From an uncultured Bacillaceae bacterium (GTDB lineage: Bacteria > Bacillota > Bacilli > Bacillales > Guptibacillaceae), in contig CAVUAW010000016.1 of the NCBI GenBank assembly GCA_963739655.1, forward strand, positions 8,318-72,317: DNA of 64,000 nucleotides, written 5' to 3'. The translations under genes and the position numbers were made by a program. The notes below the pieces were generated by a model. The model did not search any database. It worked only from the letters and a program-made list of their open reading frames with translations, and was not told the origin of the DNA. Numbering within the stretch: position 1 is the first letter of the stretch; each line of letters starts with the position of its first letter. This document shows positions 39,494 to 48,380 of this stretch, one piece after another.

Positions 39494-40228
39494 TTGAGTA
39501 GATTACAGGATCAGATCATGGATCATCTGTCGTGTGGCATTCTAGCAATTGATTTGGATTATCGTGTTATACAAATCAATGACGTAGGAGCAAACATTCT
39601 TCAAGTTAATCGAGACGATCTTCTTGGTGAGAATGTATTTGATCACTTCCCCTTAGCACCTGAAGAAGTTCGTCATGTTGAGCGAACAGTAGCAACAGGA
39701 GAGGAGTATCAAGTAGAGGGAATGCCATATAGGTGGGGAAAGTATAATTTGTTTTTATCTATTCGAACAAAAGTATTGAGAGAATCTGGCCAAATGTATG
39801 GTGCAATGGTAGAGTTCTCTGATATGACCTATCTATACGAGAAACAGATTGAGCTCATGGAGCGTATGGAGGATATGGCTGTCAATGTTATTCCACTTAT
39901 GGACCAACTTGGATTACTTCCCATTCAGCCAGTCGTTGAAGAGCTTGGGTTCCAATACATCGTTGATATTGGATTACAGAAAGTAGCGGATTTGAAAGTG
40001 AATACGCTCATTATAGACTTGTCTTCCATTTCATCTTTAAATAATGAATTTTCAGAAATGATATCGAAGCTTTGTGGATCTTTAAATTTACTTGGTATTG
40101 ATATTATGATTACTGGAGTTAGACCAGAAACAGCTATCAAATGGGTTTCTTCAGGGACAGACTACATAAAAACAACCTATTATCCTCATGTTCAAGCAGC
40201 CATTAAGAGTTATAAGTTAAATCGATAA
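39494..40228 (+). CDS. PAS + STAS domain protein (RsbR/YtvA-like)
   Basis: N-terminal PAS (GILAIDLDYRVIQIN...ILQVNRDDLLGEN); C-terminal STAS (LIIDLSSIS...ITGVRPETA); TTG start after TAGGAG. Confidence 0.82.
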   Translation: MSRLQDQIMDHLSCGILAIDLDYRVIQINDVGANILQVNRDDLLGENVFDHFPLAPEEVRHVERTVATGEEYQVEGMPYRWGKYNLFLSIRTKVLRESGQMYGAMVEFSDMTYLYEKQIELMERMEDMAVNVIPLMDQLGLLPIQPVVEELGFQYIVDIGLQKVADLKVNTLIIDLSSISSLNNEFSEMISKLCGSLNLLGIDIMITGVRPETAIKWVSSGTDYIKTTYYPHVQAAIKSYKLNR

Positions 40229-40312
40229 TACAAAAAACGTTCACCTGATATGAGGCGAACGTTTTCTATTATGAGAAGAATGGAGCTTTACTTGCCTTAG
40301 CAAGCAAAGCAG

Positions 40313-41707
40313 CTAAATCTCTAGATTATCAAGCGTAGTACGAAGCGTTTCTCGTTGTTTCTCTATAGCTTGTAGGGCTAACTTAAGCATGTTCTCATAT
40401 TGGGTTAAAACGAGTTGTCCGTAAATTGTACCAGGAACAGCCCATTTCCCGTTTAATCCTTGCCACGTTGTAGCGGATCCTCGCTTTACGAGAGAGAAGC
40501 GGGGATCGACTTCTGAATCACCTGCTGGGATCGGAGCTGTTGATGTGTATGCAAAGAGATGCTGGATATGGGCCAGAACGCCTGTTGAGGGATTTGGGAA
40601 TGTTGCACCGCTTGCGCCTCCACCTGTGGCACCGATTCCTGCAAAATTATTTTGTTCTGGTTGGACATCGCCTGTAAATCGGAAAAAATTTGTTTCATGG
40701 AGTGCCTGAGCGAAAGCTACATCACCACGTATGCCATAACGTTTGCTAATAGATAGATATAAAACGGCAAGATCTGGAGAAGTTACAGGATTAATTGATC
40801 TGGCGTAGGCATTCATCTGATCAGCTGATAATACAGAAGCCCCCTGAATACGATAGCCTTGGTCTGGAACGGGTTCAGGAGTTATAACAGGTGGCTCTGG
40901 TGTTGTCTGTTCAAGTAGGATGAAGCTCTCGATACCAGCTCTTTTTAAATTATCAGCTAACGTTTCAGCATTTTTCTTTACTTTAAAAGCACCAGCTTGT
41001 ACTCGGTAAAAGATTTCATTATTAACGACGGTTTTTGCGATAAATGCACTGAAGCCATTTAGCATTAATAAGGCAAGGTGATCCTTTGCATTTTCGTTCT
41101 TACTGAATGATCCTGCAATTACTTTATATAAGGGGCCATCAGGAGGTGACGGTTTTGTGGGAAGCTTCAATGCAGCGGCAGTTTCATCTGCAATTCCGAT
41201 CGATATGTCCGTAATGAATGAAGGATTGATGAGGAGTTTGAGATCATTCTCATTATCCAAAAACAGTACTTCAATAAGCAATGCGTTCATTTTTGTCTCA
41301 CGTAAAACATGGAAGTTAGCGCGCTTTTTACCTCGATCAACAATTTTATACGGTTTAAGAACAGAACTTGCGATTTTGTCATGAATCGTAGATTGAAGTT
41401 GGACCGTTTGAGAAGGCACTTTTCCATTGTAAATATAACTTTCAAAACCTTTCCCACCTGCAGCATTGTTATGAATACTTAGAAAGAAATCAGCTTTCAG
41501 CGCATTTGCAAGGTCTGTTCTCGGTTTTAATGCAATGGTTTTATCAGAGTCACGAGTTAACGCGACACTTACGTCATATTTTGAAATTAGATGATCTCTT
41601 ACCATACGAGCAATGGTAAGGTTAAAATTCTTTTCCTGATAGTTCTTGAAAGTTGCACCAGGGTCTGAGCCTCCGTGACCGGGATCGATTATTATTAAAG
41701 ACAACAT
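40313..41707 (-). CDS. N-acetylmuramoyl-L-alanine amidase with two SPOR repeats and a C-terminal GH73 glucosaminidase domain
   Basis: IDPGHGGSDPG, SIHNNA, LIEVLF; YKVIAGSF and YRVQAGAF SPOR motifs; AFAQALHET and QNNFAGIGATG GH73 motifs. Confidence 0.88.
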   Translation of the reverse strand: MLSLIIIDPGHGGSDPGATFKNYQEKNFNLTIARMVRDHLISKYDVSVALTRDSDKTIALKPRTDLANALKADFFLSIHNNAAGGKGFESYIYNGKVPSQTVQLQSTIHDKIASSVLKPYKIVDRGKKRANFHVLRETKMNALLIEVLFLDNENDLKLLINPSFITDISIGIADETAAALKLPTKPSPPDGPLYKVIAGSFSKNENAKDHLALLMLNGFSAFIAKTVVNNEIFYRVQAGAFKVKKNAETLADNLKRAGIESFILLEQTTPEPPVITPEPVPDQGYRIQGASVLSADQMNAYARSINPVTSPDLAVLYLSISKRYGIRGDVAFAQALHETNFFRFTGDVQPEQNNFAGIGATGGGASGATFPNPSTGVLAHIQHLFAYTSTAPIPAGDSEVDPRFSLVKRGSATTWQGLNGKWAVPGTIYGQLVLTQYENMLKLALQAIEKQRETLRTTLDNLEI

Positions 41708-41804
41708 ACTCCCTCCATCATTTCTGGATACTATAGTATATTTATTCTAGACAAATTGGCTTGGACAATCTGTCTTGATTGGAGGAAAAGGGTGAAAAAA
41801 AGCG

Positions 41805-42389
41805 TTAAGGAACCAATTCGTATAGTGGAAGAACAGCAGGATCATTTGCGATGTGTTCAGGGTAAATAAAACCTCGTCCATCATCTGGAAAACTTAAGCC
41901 AGCTTTCCGATAGCACTCTTGAATAAATTCGGAACAAATGTATTTATCATTCGGAATCGATTTCAAGTCGTCGATGACAACACTGGCTAGAATTTTCAAT
42001 ATTTCTTGGATATCATAAAGCTTTCCCGTTAAATCAGCACCACGCCTCAGCATAGCATTCATCTTGTTTTCGTCCAGATCTTTTGCGATAGAATGCCTTG
42101 CAAGGAAGAGACTCCCTCTATATGGAAGCCCTGAATTCCGATAATCTTCGAAATAATGAGAGAGTGGAACCATGCGAACTCCATAACTTTCGACACTTTC
42201 TAATAACATGATTCGGTCAACCCAACGAAAGAGCAGGGCAACATGACTAAAACGTGAATTTGATACCTTTTGGATAATTTTGCTTACCGGATAGGAGCCA
42301 TTACAAAGAAGGAGATCACCTGTTTGAATGTTTCCACGAACGGAGTGATAGTTTTCTACTGGTAAGTTAACGTAGCGATCTAATGACAT
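41805..42389 (-). CDS. Permuted NlpC/P60 (YiiX/YebB-like) papain-fold amidase
   Basis: GDLLL, FSHVAL (catalytic His) before YICSEF (catalytic Cys), PEHI. Confidence 0.85.
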   Translation of the reverse strand: MSLDRYVNLPVENYHSVRGNIQTGDLLLCNGSYPVSKIIQKVSNSRFSHVALLFRWVDRIMLLESVESYGVRMVPLSHYFEDYRNSGLPYRGSLFLARHSIAKDLDENKMNAMLRRGADLTGKLYDIQEILKILASVVIDDLKSIPNDKYICSEFIQECYRKAGLSFPDDGRGFIYPEHIANDPAVLPLYELVP

Positions 42390-42520
42390 AATAACCTCCT
42401 AAAGGTTTGACTACTTTATGTAGTTAGATAAAAACCTCGTTTATTCCTTCTTTTTACCTTGGCGAATGGAGCTGAAAATAGAGGGGTTTTAACAATAGAA
42501 ACTATTTGACCTTTTCAGAA

Positions 42521-42627
42521 GGCTCTTTTCGTAAACATTGTTGCTATAACGAGTTAATTTCCGCTCCAATCACAAAGTGTAGCTTTTTTAAATCATTTCA
42601 AAAGCAACAATCTTTTAGAAAAGAGCT
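42521..42627. mobile_element. MITE, core-less copy (107 bp) with 8-bp TSD TTTCAGAA
   Basis: Same TIRs as the 29029 copy; TTTCAGAA at 42513-42520 and 42628-42635. Confidence 0.85.
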
Positions 42628-42694
42628 TTTCAGAAAGAAAAGAACTGTACTTGATGAGCAAATGATTCTATAGTGTGAAGTGGGGTGAATTAAG

Positions 42695-43411
42695 ATGGAT
42701 TTCTTAAAAGCGGTAGTGGTGCTCGCGTTTCTCATCATGACTGCTAATACAGTGAAGCCTTTCGTTGTTTCTCTTACAAGGAAAAGGGCAGCGATTTTTG
42801 CGGTATTCTGGTTCGTATTATACATATTGGTCTGGGGCATTCCCTCTTTCTTACATTCACCAACTGACGAAGTAAGTGGAAGTGGGAAGGAATCAACTAT
42901 AGAAAGTGTGCAGGATGAGGATGAAGTCTCTTCTGATCTGAAAAAAGAGGAAGCCCAAGTGGAAGAAGAGATTGATTTTGATCCGTCATCTATTGAATTA
43001 ATTGTTGATGCTAGTGAATTGCTAGGATTGTCTCGAGAAGAATTCTTATCCAACTTTCCAAAAAGCATTGATCCAGATGATGAGGATCCTATGAAAATGA
43101 CGTTTGAGAATGGTGAAGTATTATTTAAGAATAACGTAGCGGTCGAGATGACCTATTATCCTGAGGGACTGTATTATCCAGAAGATAATCGCCTTCTACT
43201 CGCAAGTCTTGGATTTGAGGTCGAAGAATTAAGAAAAGGATCAAATCCCTTTGAAACACCGGTCACATTTTATTTGATCGACGGATTCTCTGATGTAACT
43301 GTGTATGGTAAGGAAGAGGATAGAATGAATTCACCGATTGAGAAAATTTATTTAAGAAAAGAATTTTATCCTCCTTCAGTTGAAGCTGATGAAAAAGAAA
43401 TGGAGGAATGA
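42695..43411 (+). CDS. Hypothetical acidic membrane-anchored protein
   Basis: 238-aa ORF, two N-terminal hydrophobic segments, D/E-rich remainder, followed by a terminator. Confidence 0.7.
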   Translation: MDFLKAVVVLAFLIMTANTVKPFVVSLTRKRAAIFAVFWFVLYILVWGIPSFLHSPTDEVSGSGKESTIESVQDEDEVSSDLKKEEAQVEEEIDFDPSSIELIVDASELLGLSREEFLSNFPKSIDPDDEDPMKMTFENGEVLFKNNVAVEMTYYPEGLYYPEDNRLLLASLGFEVEELRKGSNPFETPVTFYLIDGFSDVTVYGKEEDRMNSPIEKIYLRKEFYPPSVEADEKEMEE

Positions 43412-43434
43412 AAAAACTCGCTTAGCGAGTTTTT

Positions 43435-44094
43435 TCACGTTTTAATAGTTATACGGTAAGAAAACAGTAGCATCATAGTCGAAAGAAGGACCGTAACAAT
43501 AACCCACGACCAGGCGAGAGTCATTTGCCCTGAGTCGATGGCCACATAAATAGCAGTTGGTATGGTCTGGGTTTTCCCAGGAAGATTTCCAGCGAACATT
43601 AACGTTGCGCCGAATTCTCCAAGCGCTCGAGCAAAACTCAAAATGATTCCTGAAATCAAAGCGTTCGAAGCGAGAGGAATGGAAATGCTGCGAAGCACCA
43701 TCCATTTTCCTGCTCCGTCTACACGAGCAGCATCTTCAATGTCACCATCAACTGATTCAAACCCAACCTTTGCTGATTGATACATAAGAGGAAATGCAAC
43801 CACGCTTGCGGCAATTACTCCTGCTTGCCATGTGAAGACAAGAGGATGATGGAAAATGGATTCAATTAGCTGACCGATTGGGCTGGATGCTCCGAAAAGA
43901 ATAAGTAATATGAACCCCACGACGGAAGGGGGAAGTACGAGAGGGAGCATGATGCACGTATCAATGATGCTTTTTCCTCTAAATGTCCGACTTGCCATCA
44001 TTCTGCTCACAATAATTCCGAGAACCGTGACGATCGCGCATGACAGAAGTGCTATTTTCAATGATATCCAAATAGGGTCAAGGAAGTTATCCAT
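43435..44094 (-). CDS. modB: Molybdate ABC transporter permease
   Basis: LPLVLPPSVVG, IEDAARVDGA, FARALGEFGATLMFAGNLPGKTQTIP. Confidence 0.95.
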   Translation of the reverse strand: MDNFLDPIWISLKIALLSCAIVTVLGIIVSRMMASRTFRGKSIIDTCIMLPLVLPPSVVGFILLILFGASSPIGQLIESIFHHPLVFTWQAGVIAASVVAFPLMYQSAKVGFESVDGDIEDAARVDGAGKWMVLRSISIPLASNALISGIILSFARALGEFGATLMFAGNLPGKTQTIPTAIYVAIDSGQMTLAWSWVIVTVLLSTMMLLFSYRITIKT

Positions 44095-44851
44095 CTGTGC
44101 TCACTTCTTTTTGGAATCCGTATTTCTTAAAAATCGTCATCGCTTCTTCACTTTGGAGAAAAGCAAAATAAGATTTTGCTTCTTCAGGTGCTCCTCTTAT
44201 GACGCCTGCTGGATAAATAATCGGTGTGTACGTACCTTGTGGAGCGTCGTCCACAAGATTTACTTTGTCAGACGTTCGAAAATCAGTATCATACACAATT
44301 CCAGCATCAGCGTTTCCTGTTTCGACATAGGTGAGGACCTGGCGAACGTCTTTTGCGAAAATCAGCTTATCTTCAAGCTTGTCCCACATTTGTAATGATT
44401 GGAGGGCTTCCCTCGCATACGCACCTGCAGGCACTGTTTCAGGTGTGCCGATTGCTACTCGACCACGATCTTCAGATAAGAGATCCTCAAAGCTTTTAAT
44501 CGGTGATGACTTTCCTGTGATCAGAACAAGTTTGTTGCTAAGTAACTTCGTATGTAATCGATCATCGATCAGTTCTTTATCTTCTACTTCTTTAAAATGG
44601 TCCTCGGATGCAGACAAGTAGACATCGATTGGAGCACCTTGTTTAATTTGATTTGCCAAAACACCTGAGGAAGCTAGATTTAAGGTGACTTCTGAATTGG
44701 GGTGCTCATTTTCATAAAGTGTATTAAGTTCTTTCATGGCATCACTTAAGCTAGCAGCGGCGGCTACAGTGATACTTGCTTTATCCTGACCTGTTGACTG
44801 ACAACCAGATATCAAGAAGAGCAGAACGCCTAATAGGAGAAAGTGCTTCAT
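44087..44851 (-). CDS. modA: Molybdate ABC transporter substrate-binding lipoprotein
   Basis: Lipobox ISGC; AAAASL, ASSGVL, VPAGAYA and DAGIVYDTD motifs. Confidence 0.95.
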   Translation of the reverse strand: MKHFLLLGVLLFLISGCQSTGQDKASITVAAAASLSDAMKELNTLYENEHPNSEVTLNLASSGVLANQIKQGAPIDVYLSASEDHFKEVEDKELIDDRLHTKLLSNKLVLITGKSSPIKSFEDLLSEDRGRVAIGTPETVPAGAYAREALQSLQMWDKLEDKLIFAKDVRQVLTYVETGNADAGIVYDTDFRTSDKVNLVDDAPQGTYTPIIYPAGVIRGAPEEAKSYFAFLQSEEAMTIFKKYGFQKEVSTDG

Positions 44852-44989
44852 CTGTAAGATCCTTTCCTAATCAAATCTTTTATCTATTATAACGAAGTAT
44901 CACTTTTTTGTAAGGAAAGAAAATAGATAATAATCGGGAAAATTCAGGTGATATTCCGAATTTACCCCGACTAGTGATCTTACATAGCG

Positions 44990-45871
44990 TTAAAAAAACA
45001 ATTTTGGCTTTGACTGAGGAGAAGTGTTTTGCTGAAATGGATGTTCAATCGTTGAAGCACATTTGTCGTCAAATGGATAGTCAATCACCTGTTTGTAAGG
45101 TGGAGGAACTAATTTTGCATCTTTTGAGTCTCGATAAGGGATGTCAATCATGTTCCTTCTACTATTTTCCTCTCTACTTAGCTGTGCTGTGACAAGAGAG
45201 CCGACCTGTTTGCCGAGTCGCATGCCTTCTTCATTATCTACAGGGAAGTGCACGCCTGCATAAAGTCTTGAGTTAGCACATTCCTGGGCAAGCTCTTCAA
45301 GTCTTTCACGTTCGCCAGGAAAGAAGTAAGCTAATATTTCAGATGTCGTACCAGCTATAGTCGCATGGCCAGAAGGATATGTTGGATGTCTCGGTGTGCA
45401 GAGAATGGTCGCAAGCTCGTGATCAAGTTGGTTCGGCCTTGCTACGTTCCACCGATATTTTAAATACCAGACGGTTGTAAAAGCATCATTCATTCCGGCA
45501 GAAACGGCAGCTATTATTCTTGCTGCACGAGGTGCGGTGACGCCGTAAGTATCAATTAATTTATCGATAATCGGTGTCCATTGCTTACTAGCTACACCCG
45601 TTCCCCAGTATTCAGCTAACTTTACTTGTTTCGGAGTGATGTTTTTCAATGTGTGTTTCACTTTGCTTAATTCGTCTTCCCAGTCAATGGATGTAGGCGA
45701 TTTAATATCAAGTCGAATTGGTCTTCCATTACGTGTTTCAAAGCGCCCGGGTGGTTTGTTGCGTATATAGTAATCCGGCCATGATCCTGCTAGAGGTTCT
45801 TCTGGATTATGTGGGGGTTCGCTTTCACCTGCATACGGAAGCTCTGACCACCTTTCATAACGTTCAGCCAT
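44990..45871 (-). CDS. Vanadium-dependent haloperoxidase / PAP2-fold protein
   Basis: All three signature motifs: KYRWNVARP (K-X6-RP), HPTYPSGH, SRLYAGVHFPVD. Confidence 0.8.
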   Translation of the reverse strand: MAERYERWSELPYAGESEPPHNPEEPLAGSWPDYYIRNKPPGRFETRNGRPIRLDIKSPTSIDWEDELSKVKHTLKNITPKQVKLAEYWGTGVASKQWTPIIDKLIDTYGVTAPRAARIIAAVSAGMNDAFTTVWYLKYRWNVARPNQLDHELATILCTPRHPTYPSGHATIAGTTSEILAYFFPGERERLEELAQECANSRLYAGVHFPVDNEEGMRLGKQVGSLVTAQLSREENSRRNMIDIPYRDSKDAKLVPPPYKQVIDYPFDDKCASTIEHPFQQNTSPQSKPKLFF

Positions 45872-45903
45872 CGCTTAGTTCCTCCTTATATCATTACTCT
45901 TTA

Positions 45904-45933
45904 TAGTAAATGCTTTTTCTTTAGGAGGGGTGC
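45904..45933 (-). promoter_or_regulatory. Possible SigK promoter of the haloperoxidase-like gene
   Basis: Minus strand GCACC-N16-CATTTACTA, one mismatch to the CATANNNTA -10. Confidence 0.4.
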
Positions 45934-45968
45934 AAAAAAAGGAGCCACTGGCTCCTTATATCATGTTA

Positions 45969-46610
45969 TTAGCGAACCATGCCATTTCGAATCGCGTACA
46001 CAGCTGCTTGTGTGCGGTCACTAACATTGAGTTTGCTTAGAATGTTGCTCACATGTGTTTTGACTGTTTTTAAGCCGATGAATAGTTCCTCTGCAATCTG
46101 GCTATTTGTCTTGCCTTCACCTATAAGTAAAAGTACTTCTTTCTCTCTTTTTGTAAGTTCATCATGTAATTGCGTCTTTGGCTTTGTGCGAATTTGCTTC
46201 ATCATCTTCTGGGCGACTTTTTGTTCGATCACACTTTCATCCTGAAGTGCTTTCCGAATCGTCGAAATGATTTCGTCCGCGGAAGCTGTTTTAAGAAGAT
46301 AGCTAAATGCACCTGCTTCAATGGCAGGAAAAACCTGCTCGTCATCATAGAAGCTTGTAATAATAATGATTTTCGTATGTGGTAGAGTGGCCATGATCTC
46401 TCGAGTTGCTTCGATTCCTGTCATTTCAGGCATGATGAGATCCATCAGAATGACATCAGGTTTCACTTCACTTGCGAGAGTGATGGCTTCTCTACCATTG
46501 GAAGCTTCCCCGGTAATCGTGAAATCAGGTTCTGTTAGGAGATAGGCTTTTAATCCTTTTCGTACCATATCATGATCATCGACAATCATTAATTTAATTT
46601 CCCTTGTCAT
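45969..46610 (-). CDS. liaR: NarL/LuxR-family response regulator (LiaR/VraR type)
   Basis: IVDDHDMVRKG, DVILMDLIMP, HTH TVKTHVSNILSKL; start at ATG 46610. Confidence 0.85.
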   Translation of the reverse strand: MTREIKLMIVDDHDMVRKGLKAYLLTEPDFTITGEASNGREAITLASEVKPDVILMDLIMPEMTGIEATREIMATLPHTKIIIITSFYDDEQVFPAIEAGAFSYLLKTASADEIISTIRKALQDESVIEQKVAQKMMKQIRTKPKTQLHDELTKREKEVLLLIGEGKTNSQIAEELFIGLKTVKTHVSNILSKLNVSDRTQAAVYAIRNGMVR

Positions 46611-46614
46611 GGCT

Positions 46615-47643
46615 TTATCCCTCCAATGGCACTCGTACCTCAACTAATGTCCCTTCACTAGAGCGTGATGCAATGCGAAATTGTCCCCCTATTTCATCGC
46701 ATCTCTCCTGCATGGAGCCAAGACCGTATGCGCCTTTTTTCTGATTGCTCATTTCAAACCCTTTGCCGTTATCTTTAATATGTAAAAGAAGTTGATTCTG
46801 TTTCAACTTGATCGTAATGCGAATATCGGATGCATTCGCATGGCGAAGTGCGTTACCCAGGCTTTCCTGAACGATACGGAATAAGTTCTCCTCAATTCCT
46901 CTGGACAGTTCAGGAAGTTCATCGAATGTAAGACGAAAGTTAACACCAGATTTCTTCTCTAATTCATCGACGAGTTTACTAATTCCTGTACATAAAGAGT
47001 CTTCAGACAGTTGTATCGGACGAAGATGGAGAAGAAGCGCTCGCATTTCAACCTGCGCTTTACTCGCAAGGTCTGCGACATCGAGCATTTGAGCCTTCGC
47101 TGTTTCGATGTCCCGATCCATAACCTTGATCGAAGCCGACGACATCATATTCAGTGCAAAAAGCTGTTGACTGACAGCATCATGCAAATCGCGCGCAAGT
47201 CGCTGGCGCTCTTCTATGATGGCTGCTCCCCTTGCTTTCTCGGCTAATTCAGCTTTTTGATTGGCTAAATTCTGTAATGATGTCACTTGCTTTTGTAGCT
47301 TGTCTGCCAGTTCATTTAGTTCCGAACTGATGCGACCGATTTCGTCCTGCTCGCTCGTTTGCATTCGTTCGGAGAACTTACCCCTCGAGAGTATTTTGAT
47401 CTGTGTGGAGATGTTCTCTAGGCGAATTTTAATGGATTGGGTATCTTTGTAACTGAAATAGCTACCAGTCACCATAACAATCACCATGACGAATATCGGA
47501 GAGGTTAGACCAAATGAAAGAGAAATAGCAGATGGGAAAAAGAACACCCAAAGTTGGATGATCAGGAAATAAATGATTCCTGTGAAAACGGACGTATATA
47601 CGGTAGACTTGAACAATTTCCATCTTAAAGTGGTTTTATTCAC
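46615..47643 (-). CDS. liaS: HisKA_3 sensor histidine kinase (LiaS type)
   Basis: ERQRLARDLHDAVSQQLFA, QESLGNALRHA, DNGKGF; intramembrane-sensing topology. Confidence 0.85.
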   Translation of the reverse strand: MNKTTLRWKLFKSTVYTSVFTGIIYFLIIQLWVFFFPSAISLSFGLTSPIFVMVIVMVTGSYFSYKDTQSIKIRLENISTQIKILSRGKFSERMQTSEQDEIGRISSELNELADKLQKQVTSLQNLANQKAELAEKARGAAIIEERQRLARDLHDAVSQQLFALNMMSSASIKVMDRDIETAKAQMLDVADLASKAQVEMRALLLHLRPIQLSEDSLCTGISKLVDELEKKSGVNFRLTFDELPELSRGIEENLFRIVQESLGNALRHANASDIRITIKLKQNQLLLHIKDNGKGFEMSNQKKGAYGLGSMQERCDEIGGQFRIASRSSEGTLVEVRVPLEG

Positions 47644-47660
47644 ATTTGATGCACCTTCCT

Positions 47661-48380
47661 CTAAATACGATCGACTCTTAAATCAAGAACGGAAAAATCA
47701 AAATTGAATACAAGACGTTGAAGGGAGTCATCGAAGTCATCTGTTTTATACGTGATCGCTTGTCCGCGCCCAATCGTGTCCTGATTCTGTTTATCGATCG
47801 TTGCGGACAGGACATTCGCACTTCCGATAATCTTAAAAGGAATATCATCTGGAACGATTATCTTAATGTCACCAACAAATCCAGCAAGACTGATCGTCGT
47901 TTCTTCCTCAGGTATGAACGTTGTAGAGAAATCAAATTTATAGTCAGCCACAAAACTCCAGTCGTTGATTGACTGTACTTTCCAGTTGGGCTTCTTATAG
48001 GAAAGATCACGTACAAAGCTAAACCCCTGATTTTTTCGGAATCTTCCTAATAACCTAAGACCAATCAAGACAAAAATCAACGGCCATAATTTCCAGATGC
48101 TCCCCAAAGTAAAAGTAATGATAGCCAAACGATCAAGAATAAGGAGTGAGCCGAGCGTAAGCAAGAGAATACCCGTTGTCCATCGCTTCCTTCTCGTTGA
48201 AGGTAGCAAAGCATCTATCACATATTTTCCACCGAGTATAACTAACAAGAAAGGATAAAAATAGACAATCGCTTCCGTCATTTCCATGGAAATAATGCCG
48301 ATATTTATAAGAAGAAGAAAGATTCCGAGCGCAACAAATAGAAAAGCTGCCAGAAATCGTCCTGTTTGAATCTGTTTCAT
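47661..48380 (-). CDS. liaF: LiaF-like membrane inhibitor of LiaS
   Basis: Four N-terminal TM helices, WKLWPL, C-terminal DUF2154-like domain; directly upstream of liaSR. Confidence 0.75.
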   Translation of the reverse strand: MKQIQTGRFLAAFLFVALGIFLLLINIGIISMEMTEAIVYFYPFLLVILGGKYVIDALLPSTRRKRWTTGILLLTLGSLLILDRLAIITFTLGSIWKLWPLIFVLIGLRLLGRFRKNQGFSFVRDLSYKKPNWKVQSINDWSFVADYKFDFSTTFIPEEETTISLAGFVGDIKIIVPDDIPFKIIGSANVLSATIDKQNQDTIGRGQAITYKTDDFDDSLQRLVFNFDFSVLDLRVDRI

